A stretch of 63,568 bases of DNA, counting the filler, from Collodictyon triciliatum (Eukaryota): NCBI GenBank assembly GCA_043381765.1. It is 9 parts of 9 records of this genome, joined end to end, with 100 filler letters (N's around TTAATTAATTAA, not from the genome) between each part and the next. Parts side by side here need not be neighbours in the genome. Positions count along the whole stretch, not along the records: positions 46,865 to 54,561 come from JBHJMP010003785.1; positions 54,662 to 59,409 come from JBHJMP010003786.1; positions 59,510 to 63,568 come from JBHJMP010003826.1; 6 more parts are not named here. One strand, 5' to 3'. Numbering within the stretch: position 1 is the first letter of the stretch; every line of letters begins with the position of its first letter. The notes beneath the pieces are model-generated. The model was not told the DNA's origin. It saw nothing but the letters and a program-made list of their open reading frames with translations, and ran no database searches. The position numbers were made by a program, and so were the translations under genes. Positions 48,675-63,568 of the stretch are shown here, piece after piece.

Positions 48675-49393
48675 TTAGAGGCGGATGTCCACGGTCTTCT
48701 GGCAGCTCTCTCTCCCATAGCAGCCTTGCTGAATAGTTGGGGCAAAGCCGATGAGGCGAGTGTTGTAGCCGTTGCGCTCAGCGATGGTGACAAGCTGGTT
48801 GTAAATCTCGGGCGAGATAGAAGGTGTGCGGGAGATCATCCACAAGGCCAGGCGGCAAGGCTCACCGACAAGAGCGTAGCCGTAGTCACGGTCTGGGCCC
48901 AGGGCCATGATGTAGTAGTTTGGAATGGTGGCTGGAGTGCCAGTGAAGCTCACAGCGAGCTCTCCGGGCTTTGTGGGGTCCAGCTGGTCAGCGCGGCCAA
49001 ACACAACGCTTAATTGCCCGTCAACGGTCTTCTTGCGGCACTCGTTGCGGACCTCCACGTAGGGCCCGTTGCGGTCCGAGGTCAGAGTGTAGTTTGCGTT
49101 GGAGCAGACGCAGTCAATCTGGAAGTTGGAGCGGACGTAGCCGCTGGTGGCAATCTCGTACCAGCGGCCTGGTTTGGGAAATTGACTTAGGTATGTGACA
49201 TTCACCATGTGTTCGGCTTCTTTGCACGCAAATGGGCGGTGATGCTACTCTTTACTAAATCTGCAGACTTACCAGAGTATCGGTTGAGGTCGACTTCGGG
49301 GACAGAGTAGAGTGGGGTTGTGCAGAACTGGGCAAATGCCGCTTGCGAGAGGACGGCGAAGGCGAAGAGGACAATAACGGCAGTGCGGGACAT
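48675..49393 (-). CDS. Secreted lipocalin (apolipoprotein D / Blc-like), one intron
   Basis: Signal peptide; VDLNRYSG|RWYEIA, C..ANY, V.V.NEC, L.VSF, Y.I..L..DY.YALVG, LW.ISRTP. Confidence 0.92.
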
Positions 49394-51163
49394 CTTGAAT
49401 CCTATCTTTGTGAGAAATTAGTGCGCGCTTGATGTTTGGTGTTTGGCCTTGTTAGGATATTCATGTCCAGAGTTGGTTCTCTTTCCCTAGCCTTGTGACC
49501 CAGAGCTAACTAACGCTTTCATCGAAAAATTGCAGACTGGTCAATCTAACCAACTAAATAGGCTCAAAGGAAGTCTTGGAAGCTGTCGTTTAGTTCTGGC
49601 CACAGAAATTCTTGTCCAAGAAACTGACGCCACGAAAGTCGGTGATTAGGTTGCTCTTTTTTGGCATTTGTGTCCGTACACGGAAAGAAGGAGAACTATC
49701 GATTTTCTACTACAACGCGAAATTCATCGCTTAGTAATACTCTTGAAAAGGGATTGGCGCAGATTTAATAAATTAAATATAAATTTGTTGTGAGTTCCAC
49801 GTTTGAATATCTTATATGGCATGATAGCATCACACTTTTTTCGGCGTATCGTTTGCCAGCGTTGGCTCGAAGCAAAATCTACCACCAGTGACGCGCAATA
49901 TGCTAACAAAATATCTTCAGCTCAATGTTTTCAATTATTGTATTAATTAATTAAAAAAAACCAAGGACTCATCTAGGTATATATATTTGGATGACCAGAA
50001 ATGTTTGGTTTTAATGTGTTTTTCTTCTTCTTTTTGTGTGACTGAAGGAATAAAATGTTTGTTAGGACAAGGGTTCATGCTGTCTGTCCAATTGACGGTT
50101 CTAAGAAAGAAACGAAATTCGATTTTCCAAAATATCGCATGATATATCTATCAACACAAAATTAATTTCAATCTAAATGATTATATTCATGTAATCTGAC
50201 TTTATTTACACAAAATAATGCGTTCGAAATAGTTATCCTTTTGGTGAAATATTCCATCGATTTTCATCTAGCCAAAAAAGAATGGAATCCGTGCCAGTTC
50301 GATCAGAATCTTTCTTATCATTTGGGAGTTTCTTAAAAAAAATTGTTCAAAAAAAGGGGATATCTATCTGTTTTTCGTTTGCTGATTTTTGTATAAGGCC
50401 TGAGTCTTATCCAATTTATATATCTGATGAAAGTCCCAAAAACATTTGTCAATGCATTCTCCATTTCAATCCATTTCTATCCATAGTTGTGTGAATTCAC
50501 TTGTTACCTTTTGAAGTCAAAACAACACCCCATTAGCTTCTAAGAGCTCAAAGAATTTGCACAACCACGTTTATTGGAGGAAAAGATAGCATGAAGCTTA
50601 TGTTATAATCGATGATGGCTTTTCGTTCCTTTTATTTCCGGCTATGAATTATAGAATCCTATTGAATTTTTATTTTCTTGCCTACATTTGTGAGATTCAA
50701 TTATTTCATTTTCATACATATTAATGGTTCAAGAGCCTTATGGTCTCTTTCATCAGTCCTCCTCCCAATGGTCGGGATTTAAAGATTTATGACCAAAATC
50801 CGAACCGGTTTTCTTGTGGCAGGAAAGTTTGCAAAGACAGGTGCTGTCACAAATTCCAGAAAAGAGAAAATATCCAAACAGATAAGAAAATACAGAAAGG
50901 CCCGGGCGCCCTTTGGCATGCTTTTCCGTTCCCCTCTTTGCACGATTCTCTCGTCATCTTTCTTGACTTCCTGTCTGGTCTTTTTGTCTGGTCAGGTGTT
51001 CCAATGGGAATGAAGCGCACTCAAAGCTTCACAGCTTTGTTAACACTATCATTTTATTTTGACAATAGATAATCAATAATTGGTTGTTATTTTTTTTTTA
51101 TATATAAAAAAAAAAGAAAAAGAGCAAGAAAAGAACAAAAAGTCACCCGTTTGTATAGGGTAA

Positions 51164-53699
<2,536 letters not shown>

Positions 53700-53832
53700 A
53701 TACCGCATTCTCTGTGCTCGAACTGAATAAAAGATTTGGCTGCGTCATTAAAAATATTCAAATGACAATTTTGTGTATTTTAGTGGATATATATTTTTTT
53801 CATCGTATTTTTAGGCATAATTCATGTAATAA

Positions 53833-54561
53833 TCATTTAGTCTTTATTGTACCCGACCAAACTTTAAGAGGATTAGCTACACAAGATGAAGCTGTGTCGT
53901 CTGCATATTGAAGTAGCAGTTGGTTGCGCGCCTTATTTTCGTTTCGGAAGTGGTTTGCAATGCAGTCAGCGACGAAGTTGAAGAGCAGTGGTGCAAGTGG
54001 GCAGCCTTGATACACCCCGCTCTGTCTTTCAATTGCATCGGTAGGTCTGTGTGTTGTGAGTACCCTCGCTGATGCATTGTCGTGCAATTTCTTGATAAGA
54101 CCGGTGAATCCGTTACAGAAGCCTCTTTTGTGTAGGATGGTTTCCAGTGCTTTGAGGTTCACATAGTCGTATGCTTTCTCCAGGTCGTAGAAAATCATAG
54201 CGAGGGGTGTCCCGCTTACTTGATATTCCATGTACTCCTTGTTGACAACCCATATGTTTGTGTTGACGTTCCTTCCGTTCATGAAACCAATCTGCTCTTT
54301 GGATATGAGTTTGTCAGCGATGGGTGATATGCGATTTCTGAGTAGCGTCGTAAATATCTTGTAGTCGTTATTCAACAGTGATATTGGCCGCCAGTCTGAA
54401 AGATTGCTCGAGTTTCCTTTCTTTGGTATCAGCCGCACCGTGGCCTCTGTAAATCCTTGCGGTAGGTCGCCACCAGACATGATTCCATTCAGAAAAGTCA
54501 CTAAGGATGCCTTGACCTCATTAAAGAAAGCAGAGTATATTCTGTTGGGCAGCCTATCTGG
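53833..54561 (-). mobile_element. Non-LTR retrotransposon reverse transcriptase fragment (L1/Tx1-like)
   Basis: LIPKKG...WRPISLLNNDYKIF, EQIGFMNGR, DLEKAYDYV, SGVYQGCPLAPLLF, QYADDT; intronless; 5' part cut by contig end. Confidence 0.95.
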
Positions 54562-54661
54562 NNNNNNNNNNNNNNNNNNNNNNNNNNNNNNNNNNNNNNN
54601 NNNNNTTAATTAATTAANNNNNNNNNNNNNNNNNNNNNNNNNNNNNNNNNNNNNNNNNNNN

Positions 54662-55093
54662 AAAACAAAACAAAAACAAAAACAAAAACAAAAACAAAAG
54701 AAAACAAAACAAAAGAAAACAAAAGAAAAGAAAACAAAACAAAAGAAAACAAAACAAAAGAAAAGAAAAGAAAAGAAAAGAAAAGAAAAGAAAAGAAAAG
54801 AAAAGAAAACAAAACAAAAGAAAAGAAAACAAAAGAAAAGAAAACAAAAGAAAAGAAAACAAAACAAAAGAAAACAAAACAAAAGAAAACAAAACAAAAG
54901 AAAACAAAAGAAAACAAAACAAAAGAAAACAAAACAAAAGAAAACAAAAGAAAACAAAAGAAAACAAAAGAAAACAAAAGAAAACAAAAGAAAAGAAAAC
55001 AAAAGAAAACAAAAGAAAACAAAAGAAAACAAAAGAAAACAAAACAAAAGGAAACAAAAGAAAAGAAAACAAAAGAAAACAAAAGAAAACAAA
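54662..55093. repeat. (AAAAC/AAAAG)n pentamer-mosaic repeat at contig start
   Basis: Directly visible; explains the F-rich spurious ORFs. Confidence 0.95.
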
Positions 55094-55158
55094 GCTTCCC
55101 ACATACCGCGCCTCCATCCTGTGGGTCTGCTTGAACACGCAGACACGCCCCTGGGCAT

Positions 55159-58100
55159 ATGATCATTCGAGACTTCGAAGTTCTACAGCCACTCGGACGG
55201 GGGAGCTATGGGGCAGTATATCTTGCGCAGCGCCTTTCGGATGCAACACTGTGAGTCTTGTCCGGCGCACCTTTCGAATACTCTCCCGTTTGTGTTTTGT
55301 TTGTGCATTTTTCTGTGTTTATCCATTTTATTTTATTTTGCTCCATAATTATTCTATTTTGCCCCTTCCCTTACATGCCTTTTTTTTTTTCCTGTGCGAG
55401 GTTATTTTTGTCTGTCCTGATATGCATTGTTTGCAGTTGCGCTTTGAAAGTCATTGATGTGCGTGAGCTGAACAAGAAACAGAGGTATTTAGCCATTCAC
55501 ATATCTATATATCAAGTAACCCGTGGCCTATATTGAAATCATTCTGGTGTTTTACTGACAATTCCGGAGCATAAAGGAAGGACACTCTCAACGAAATCCG
55601 ACTTCTTGCCTCGGTTCGGCACGACAATATTCTGCGATATTATCAGTCTTTCGTCGAACACGGTCATCTGCACATTGTTTGTATTCGCATGCACTGCGTC
55701 TGTTGATTGAATTTTATATTATTAAAAAAATAGATTAGTTCAATGATATTTATGCAGATAATCGATACGCATATTCTAATCCGAAGTCCAAAATCATCCC
55801 TCTACCACAAGGCAACAGAATACGTTGACAAAGGAGATTTGGAGGCGGAGATTAAGTTGAGAAAACTGGGACTCGATTACTTTGAAGAGTGGCACATTTG
55901 GAAATATTACATACAGGCATACCTTTTTCTTTTTCTTTTTAATTTTTTCCAATAACATATATTATACATAGACAAGCCGAATTACACAAATGCTTCCCCA
56001 ATTAATTGTGTTGCGGCTATTCTAAAGATATCCATGGCATTACGGGTACTGCATCACGATAGAATCATACACAGGGATCTTAAGTCTGCAAATATATTAC
56101 TTACATCGGATGGAAGGGTGAAGTTGGCAGATTTTGGAGTGGCGCGCTCCTTAAAATCGAAAGATGATATGGCAAAAACTAGAATAGGTGATTCATCGTA
56201 CACATTCTTTCATTACTGCAGTTAGTGCACTTTCATTAAACATATATCAGTCCTTCTTAAAGGTCGCATCTCCGATGAAGAAATATATCTTGTTCATATA
56301 TTTATTTCACTATACTTTTACTCATTGAAGTGATTATGCATGGATGAAAAATTGCTTATGCTCAGGGACTCCGTATTACCTCAGCCCCGAAGTTTGGAGA
56401 GGCCAACCTTACAATTACGCGAGTGATATATGGGCTTTAGGTAACATATCTCATCGAAGCAATTTCCATAAGCATATGTAATAATGTATTCAATGCTATA
56501 TTATACTAAGAATTATACTTCTTTTTTTATTCGTAAATGATTTAATACCATTACAGGGGTTATATTATATGAAATGATTGCATTACAATATCCTTTCGAT
56601 GGATCTAATGTCAAGGCACGTTTGATGATGTTTTTATAGAAATAATTTTGATGAAATAAAGAGACTATCATACATTCAATACATGCATATTGAGCAAGAG
56701 TATGTGGGTATAAATATTTTGGATTTACCAGGAGCTTGCGAAAAAGGTTGTCAAAGGGGTGTTCAAAGAATTCACTCGCCCGGTTCATGAGGAACTACTA
56801 ATAACGGTCCAATCACTTCTGGGTAATATGCAGCGATGGTGTTCATTCATAATCTTACTAGTCAACAACATAAAAAATTCATAGCATTCCATTTCACTCC
56901 CTTGATGCACACTTTTTGTACGAATCCATTCGTTATAATGCTCGATATTCATCATCGTTAGTCTTTAATTTTTCCAATCACTGTTAGGAATAACTACATC
57001 CCAGACTAACCCCATTTTTCTTCTTCCTCATACACCACATCTGTTCAGTTCTAGATGCGTCAGCTAGACCAACAGCGGAGCAAATTCTGAAAACTCCGCA
57101 TGTGTACGAGAAGTTGCCAGTGTGTTTCATTCATATATTTAATATTATCTTAGTTAAGAATACGTGCTTTTTTTTTTTTTTTAAAAAAACACACTTTCTT
57201 TTGGTGATTGTAGTTATCTCCGTACATAACCTCATTATTTTCAATTAAGATGTATATCAATATATGATGAAAACACGAAAAGAATATCAGACCGGTAAAA
57301 ATAACGCAGGTATACATACATTAACTTAAGGTTGTATGGGCAGAGTTTGGCTACGAAGGCAGTATCGAAGATGAGTTGATGCTCACAACCTATGACCGAT
57401 GGAAATTGGGAGGGTCGAGGTTCAGTCTAGAAAATGTTTGAAGAAAGCTTTCCTTTTTGCCTCAAGAAGAGACGATCCACATACACATTTCATTTCAATC
57501 ACATGATTTTATCAGCAGCCTCATTACACACGTTTACTTGTTAATTTATTAGTTCATTGACACCCTTTTAATTGCAACAGACCCCGCACGATAATCAAGA
57601 TAATAATTTCAATGACGATGATACTAAGTGCGACATGGGTGACCCTGAACAAGTGGCTCCTGAGTCTGCACTTTACATGGTAAATACCGATACCTTTAAA
57701 TGATTCCATACGGTTAAAAATGAAATAAATAAAATGAAATAAATAAAATGAAATAAATCAATATGTTCATAGTATATGTGTACCTTACAATACGACCTAT
57801 CAAATTCAGAAACAGCAAGAATCCTTGTTAGACAGCGACCGCCATGTCAATACGCTTGTTATGGAGAACGCCAACATGTCTGAATATCCTGTTCAACAAG
57901 AGGTTCCAGCACAAGGGGTTGCTCATGAGCGAAACAAGAGTCCAAGTTTTTCTCGCTCAACGCACGCAGAGGCCAACCGCTTGAGTCCAGTTCTTTCTCA
58001 AAATGTCTCACTAAGCACAGTTGATTTCAAGTCCAATCTACTCAGACGCAAGCTTCATAAACCTCTGAGCAGTCTGATTGATGGTGGCTCATCAACTCTA

Positions 58101-59300
58101 TCAGGCTCAACTCTTCATCCAGATGCTCAGACACACAGGAAAGCGACAGCCCAAAATATACACTTTTCAGATGGTGGAGAATCAAGCTCATATTATACTA
58201 ACGGTAGTGTATATTTCTATTCGTGAACAACCTTTAAGTTTAATTAAACAGCGTAATAATCAATATTAATATTGAAGTAATGATAATTTTTTTTCTACAT
58301 AGAGCCCAATTCTACATTCTCTTCAACAAACAAGGCTGTGACGCATCGTCATTTTTGGCAAACTCAAATGAAATTCATGTATGTTCGTACTTCTTTTTGC
58401 TGTTATTGTTATTTAATGAAAGTAAGGGTATTATTTGGGGGCATTAGCTTCACACCCCAGCTCCCTTGTTTTTGTAATCGTGTGGGGTCATAACGTACTT
58501 GAATATTAGATTCAATTATTTCTACTACACCTGACTATTGGATGTATGGGAGAAATACACGTAAAATCATCTCATTACCTTCCTTTCCTATTATCCCAAA
58601 CTAATAGTGATGCAGGAGAGGGATGTTCTGATTCCCGATTCGAGTCCAGGGATGACTCACAGGATGAACACCAAGTTCTTCCCAAGCTTGCGACCAAAAC
58701 GACTGACAAACTAGTACCGTGGCTTTTAAAAGAAAAGAAGGTTTTGGCGGTCGTTTTGCTTCTTCCCTCGATGATTCTATTTTTTTAAAAGATAATTATT
58801 TGATGCGAAAACAACGAAACGAAAACGAAAACAAACATGAAAATGAAAACGAAAACAAACATGAAAATGAACATATGAAAATGAGTGCTGACCAATTTTT
58901 ATGTATGATAGGCCAAGAACTAATCATTACTTCCTGGCAGATATGGCCCCCTGACATCATAACAAATTGTGAGAGTGAGTCTGGTAAGAAAAATCTATGC
59001 TTGGAAATATTTCGGCACGATGATGAATTCGAATTAGGGGAGCCTATTGAGAAAAGTACAAGAGACTTGAAGTTAAATTGGATGATGCGTGTAATATTTT
59101 TTTTTTGTATCTTTCTCTCACCATAGCTCGCAGTGTTGTCAAGAAACATCCCCACCCAACCCCAATCTCGATTCCCACGGATTGGCTTCCTCGAGCTGTT
59201 GAAGCAATACCAAATTCTCTGTGTAATCAACCCAAATCTTCCTTTTCTTCCCCACATTGACCTGACACACGGTTTTTTTTTTCTATACCGAAGCAATCCT
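55159..59300 (+). CDS. NIMA-related (NEK) Ser/Thr kinase with long C-terminal tail; 3' end approximate
   Basis: [78 protein letters not shown]...[15 protein letters not shown]. Confidence 0.9.
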
Positions 59301-59702
59301 ATGAGAAGAAAAAAAAAAGCAGCCCTATAGATAGAGGAACCAAACCCAAAAACTTCTATACGAAAAGCACTAATCCAATATTTCTTTCTTGCACACAGCC
59401 AAATTCGCGNNNNNNNNNNNNNNNNNNNNNNNNNNNNNNNNNNNNNNNNNNNNTTAATTAATTAANNNNNNNNNNNNNNNNNNNNNNNNNNNNNNNNNNN
59501 NNNNNNNNNACAAAAAACAAAAACAAAAAACAAAAACAAAAAACAAAAACAAAAAACAAAAACAAAAAACAAAAACAAAAAACAAAAACAAAAAACAAAA
59601 ACAAAAAAACTTCTTTTCTTTGTTCTTTGTAACCCACACAAGTTCGGTCCACTTACTCTTTCATGAACTGGAACTGACACATGCTAACCCTTGATTCGAT
59701 AG

Positions 59703-61284
59703 ACGAAGGGGCAAAGATTAGGGACTGTGAAGGGGAATGCCCGCTCTCTGCTCGTCTCGGAAAGAGTTGCTTTGAATCTGATGCAGGTACTTTCTGTTTC
59801 TCACAATGCCGCCTGTATCCTTTACGATATGTAAACTGATGAGCCCCTACGCTCTCCAAAAATCCGCCTTAATCTAAACATTACGGACTGCAGTGCAGAT
59901 GTTCATTTGTCATCAGCATTTTTCCAGATAATCTCAACTCCCTCCCCCCTCCCTCCCTTCGTTCTATGTCATGTGAGAGTGGTCCTTTTTGAATATTAGC
60001 TCGAATAGCCGTTTGTAACTGTACATCTCACCATTTCAATTTGGATTTAGAGAATGAGTGGAGTTGCCACGCANNNNNNNNNNNNNNNNNNNNNNNNNNN
60101 NNNNNNNNNNNNNNNNNNNNNNNNNNNNNNNNNNNNNNNNNNNNNNNNNNNNNNNNNNNNNNNNNNNNNNNNNNNNNNNNNNNNNNNNNNNNNNNNNNNN
60201 NNNNNNNNNNNNNNNNNNNNNNNNNNNNNNNNNNNNNNNNNNNNNNNNNNNNNNNNNNNNNNNNNNNNNNNNNNNNNNNNNNNNNNNNNNNNNNNNNNNN
60301 NNNNNNNNNNNNNNNNNNNNNNNNNNNNNNNNNNNNNNNNNNNNNNNNNNNNNNNNNNNNNNNNNNNNNNNNNNNNNNNNNNNNNNNNNNNNNNNNNNNN
60401 NNNNNNNNNNNNNNNNNNNNNNNNNNNNNNNNNNNNNNNNNNNNNNNNNNNNNNNNNNNNNNNGTTAAGGTAGCGTCGATTCCTGTCCCCTCCTCATATA
60501 TCTGATAATTGTGGAATTCCCTACCGTTTTCCTAGACAGACTATATATGAGCATATTACAGAAAGTTCTTGAAAATGGACTATTCGTGCCTCATTTAATT
60601 ATTTGCATTACGTTACCCCACAAATAAACCTCACTTCAGGGCCACCGCAAAATTTCTTGAGGAAAGAAAGTACGCCGAAGTGAAAGTAGAAATCGAGACC
60701 CGAAACTTGGAGGAAGTCCGCTCGGTGCTTCGGTGCAAAGAGGTTTTTGAGCATTGAATAATTTCTAATTGGAGCCATTTATTTTTTTCGCGCACGACTG
60801 CCGCTGCTTCCAAGCAGCAACTTTCTATCAACCCCCAAGCATATTTTTCTTCTTCTTTTGATTGTCACCACTGTGTAATTCGGTTTATCAAGATTTATCC
60901 TCAAATTTGCCCTCACTGCCGATAGGAAGGAATACCTGTGCATCGTGTCATGTTTGACAACTTTGTCAAGATCGGTGCAGACGGAACACCAGACGTCTCG
61001 CTCCTTGCGGAAGCAGTCAAGCTGGTTGATGGACAGCTGGAAACAGAGGCAAGTCAATCGGCCACTTTCGACCATTATGAGATAACCCAGCCTCACGCAG
61101 CCGTGCCTCACATAGCCACTAACCACGAAAGAAAAACGATGCGTCTCAATAGGCCTCGGGGAATGTGACGCTCTCCACAGTCCCGTTCATCGCGTCTGCC
61201 GGCGTCGACTTCATCAGCAGCGGCGCTCTGACCCATTCCGTCCCTGCGCTGGACATTTCGATGAAAATCACGGTGTCCAAATAA
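59703..61284 (+). CDS. QPRT: Quinolinate phosphoribosyltransferase (nicotinate-nucleotide pyrophosphorylase); 5' part missing, internal N gap
   Basis: [75 protein letters not shown]. Confidence 0.92.
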
Positions 61285-61647
61285 AGCCGAAGAAAGTACC
61301 GTACAGAAACCGCCATTTCAGAAATACCACACCAGACTTGCTGCATCCGGCATCATTTTTTTAAGCCGTTTTCTCGGTGTTTTTTTTTTCTTAATCTGCC
61401 TTCTGTTGGTGATTGTTGGCGCTGCTAGAAGGACTCCTGCCAGGAACTGGGCTGCGTGGTGGGGGGCTGTGCCTTCGGCCCGTGCTTGTTTTGCCCTCGC
61501 GACTCCGTCCGTCTGCCGCCGCCTAAAGGCCGTTCTCTTGCTTGTGCTGTAATCTGACAGGCAACCACAACCCTTTTGGCCGAAGGTGTCTGCTTTGCGG
61601 TTCGACTCTGCTTGGATCCAGAACAGATCTGACTTTCAAGGCAGACG

Positions 61648-63568
61648 ATGGCGTCGGGACGGAGGCAGGCTGCGTGGGGTGGGTTCAGCGAGCGCGTAGT
61701 TTCCGACGACGACATCAGAGAAGTCCTCTGCCTCTCCTCCTCTCTTCTCCATCCTGCTCTCTCCTTGATTTCTTCAGCGTACATTTTTTTTTTTCAGCGC
61801 GCAAACTGTTGCTGCCAAACAAAGGCAGATCGCACCAAGGAAGTTGCTCGCCAAAATCAATGATGACACTTGCCCTTGTGACAACCGCAGGTGACCGAAT
61901 GCATCCACCAGTTGGAGGACGCAACTGCAGCAACCGTGTCGAAGAAGAACCAGACCGTTTGCCTTTTCACCTCGATGCATCCTCATATACTGGCTTTTCC
62001 TGGATAGCTTCTATTTTCCCCCTCTACCCTTAACTGTTTTGTTCTTTCCTCTTCTCTCCAATGTACTTGAATGCTATCTCTTTTTTTGCATCCCACAAGC
62101 ATTATCCTGTCCTAGTATTCGATTCCTCCTTTTTACCAAACAGTATTAATCGGGCCTCCTTTCATATGCCACAAAGATTCACGCACTATCAGACGAGATA
62201 CAAAAGTACCGAAGAATGCTCCGACAGAAAGAAGAAGAGGTATGTGTTTTCAAACTTCATCTCGAAAAAAAAAACACCCAGTCGTAAAGAAATATACCAG
62301 AATGTGTCGGCCACATTCTCGCACAAAGACACTTTTAGGTGACCCTTCACAGCAAAGAAAATCTTTTTGCAAAATTCTATTCAAGTTTTGAGGCTTATCC
62401 TTAAATACTCGGGGTGGACATTAGATACGCTCTATCTCATCATAAGTCTGTTTTTTTTTTTTTCACAAAGATACTATTTCCTTTCAGGTTGCAGCACTTT
62501 CCACACTTGTCAAGGCAGGTAAAATGCAGATCGATCCAGAGTCTACCGATGATCAAACACTTTGCGAATTGATCGAAAAGCAAAGGTAATGCGCTTGTCA
62601 TACCAAAATATCAATAAAATTTTTTTTTTTTATTAATTCCACTACCAACAAATAAGTCGTTTTGTATTGGATGCCATTTACAGTGATATATGCGTGCGGG
62701 GAATCTTAAAAATAATTGTTTTCCTAGAACCCTTGTTATTCAGCATGTGCAGAGAAAAAAAGACGAGTATGAGCATGCAGTTCGGACAATCAGGAACTGG
62801 GGAACAGATCGCCAAGAATTTGAAGTGCATATATCCAAGATTCAAAAAACAAACCAGGAAGTGAAGGAGCGTGTGATGAGACGTCTACTAGAGCTACAGC
62901 CAAATGTTTGTTATTAAGTTTTCTCTTTTTTTTCTCTCCAAAAAATAAAGAAAATCAGTGCAAGAAAAAACCGCAATAACGATTTCTTATAAGGAACACG
63001 AGCAATACAATTTTAAATGGATGAACGAGAAAACAAACACCTTTTTCTTTTCATTCAAGCCTGGGCACCCCTTACGACCACCGGGTGGATTTTCTCGGAC
63101 AATATACGACCGTTACGACTCCATAAGCGATGATGAAGTCAAATTCACGTTGCAAGCAAAGCTCAACTATTTCTTCCAAGTTCATCAACAGCTCGATTTT
63201 CAGGTCGTACGCCACCAATCTCAAATTGATGAAGTTCAGGCTGCTCTTGATCATGAAAAGGTTTCGTTAGTTCTGAAATTGAACCCTCGAATTAATATTC
63301 AAAATATTCATACACAAAGAAAAAACATCAATTAATATTCCTTTCTTAAGATAACGAAAGTGGTGGCTTTTCCCTCTTGCTTGCAATATCATCATCTCCT
63401 CACTTATTGGATGTGTAGAAATTGGGATTCTTTTAGTTTTCATTTTAAAACTATCGATGAAGGAAACTGCCTGAGTCCACTCCTTTTTTTTTTTTTTTTT
63501 GGATAATATTTTAGGTACTTGAGATTGAATTTCTTCTTTATATTCAAGTTGCCAAACAACATATGGTT
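61648..63568 (+). CDS. Uncharacterised coiled-coil protein, multi-exon, start uncertain, runs off window
   Basis: In-phase exons IHALSDEIQKYRRMLRQKEEE|VAALSTL..ELIEKQR|TLVIQHVQ..LLELQPN|PGHPL..AALDHEK; no family recognised. Confidence 0.55.

Noticed and set aside
50500-51072. Short ORFs between the lipocalin and M20 genes
   Set aside because: No recognisable motifs and stops in the tested spliced frames; treated as intergenic.
54606-55166. Poly-F, poly-I, poly-K, poly-N and X-rich ORFs throughout the track
   Set aside because: Translations of simple repeats and N gaps.

Overview
Eukaryotic, AT-rich, intron-dense, microsatellite-rich genomic DNA, probably from a flagellated protist (organism not identifiable from this window). 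The window is nine unrelated contigs, mostly about 7.7 kb, joined by artificial 100-nt linkers (N44-TTAATTAATTAA-N44), so adjacency across linkers is meaningless. Genes reconstructed by hand from splice sites: a four-PH-domain protein fused to a C-terminal actin fold, a PHO80/P-type cyclin, a myristoylated EF-hand protein, an STPG/SHIPPO-repeat protein, a tandem RasGAP (one intact and one pseudo domain), a possible cysteine protease, a Kelch-DH-PH-MORN RhoGEF, an intronless ZNFX1-like helicase, an LRR protein, a PP2C, a lipocalin, a secreted M20 peptidase, a NEK kinase, quinolinate phosphoribosyltransferase and a coiled-coil protein. Highlights: (1) the PHx4-actin fusion, whose actin domain has lost catalytic residues; (2) two related non-LTR retrotransposon families that leave 22-52 bp 3'-end insertions with perfect 16-19 bp target-site duplications and whose ORF2 proteins both end in a PCNA-binding PIP box (a full PIP-degron pattern in one); (3) a ZNFX1 with 30-aa N-terminal repeats and a degenerate RZ finger. 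All family calls are from motif recognition only; no searches were run.
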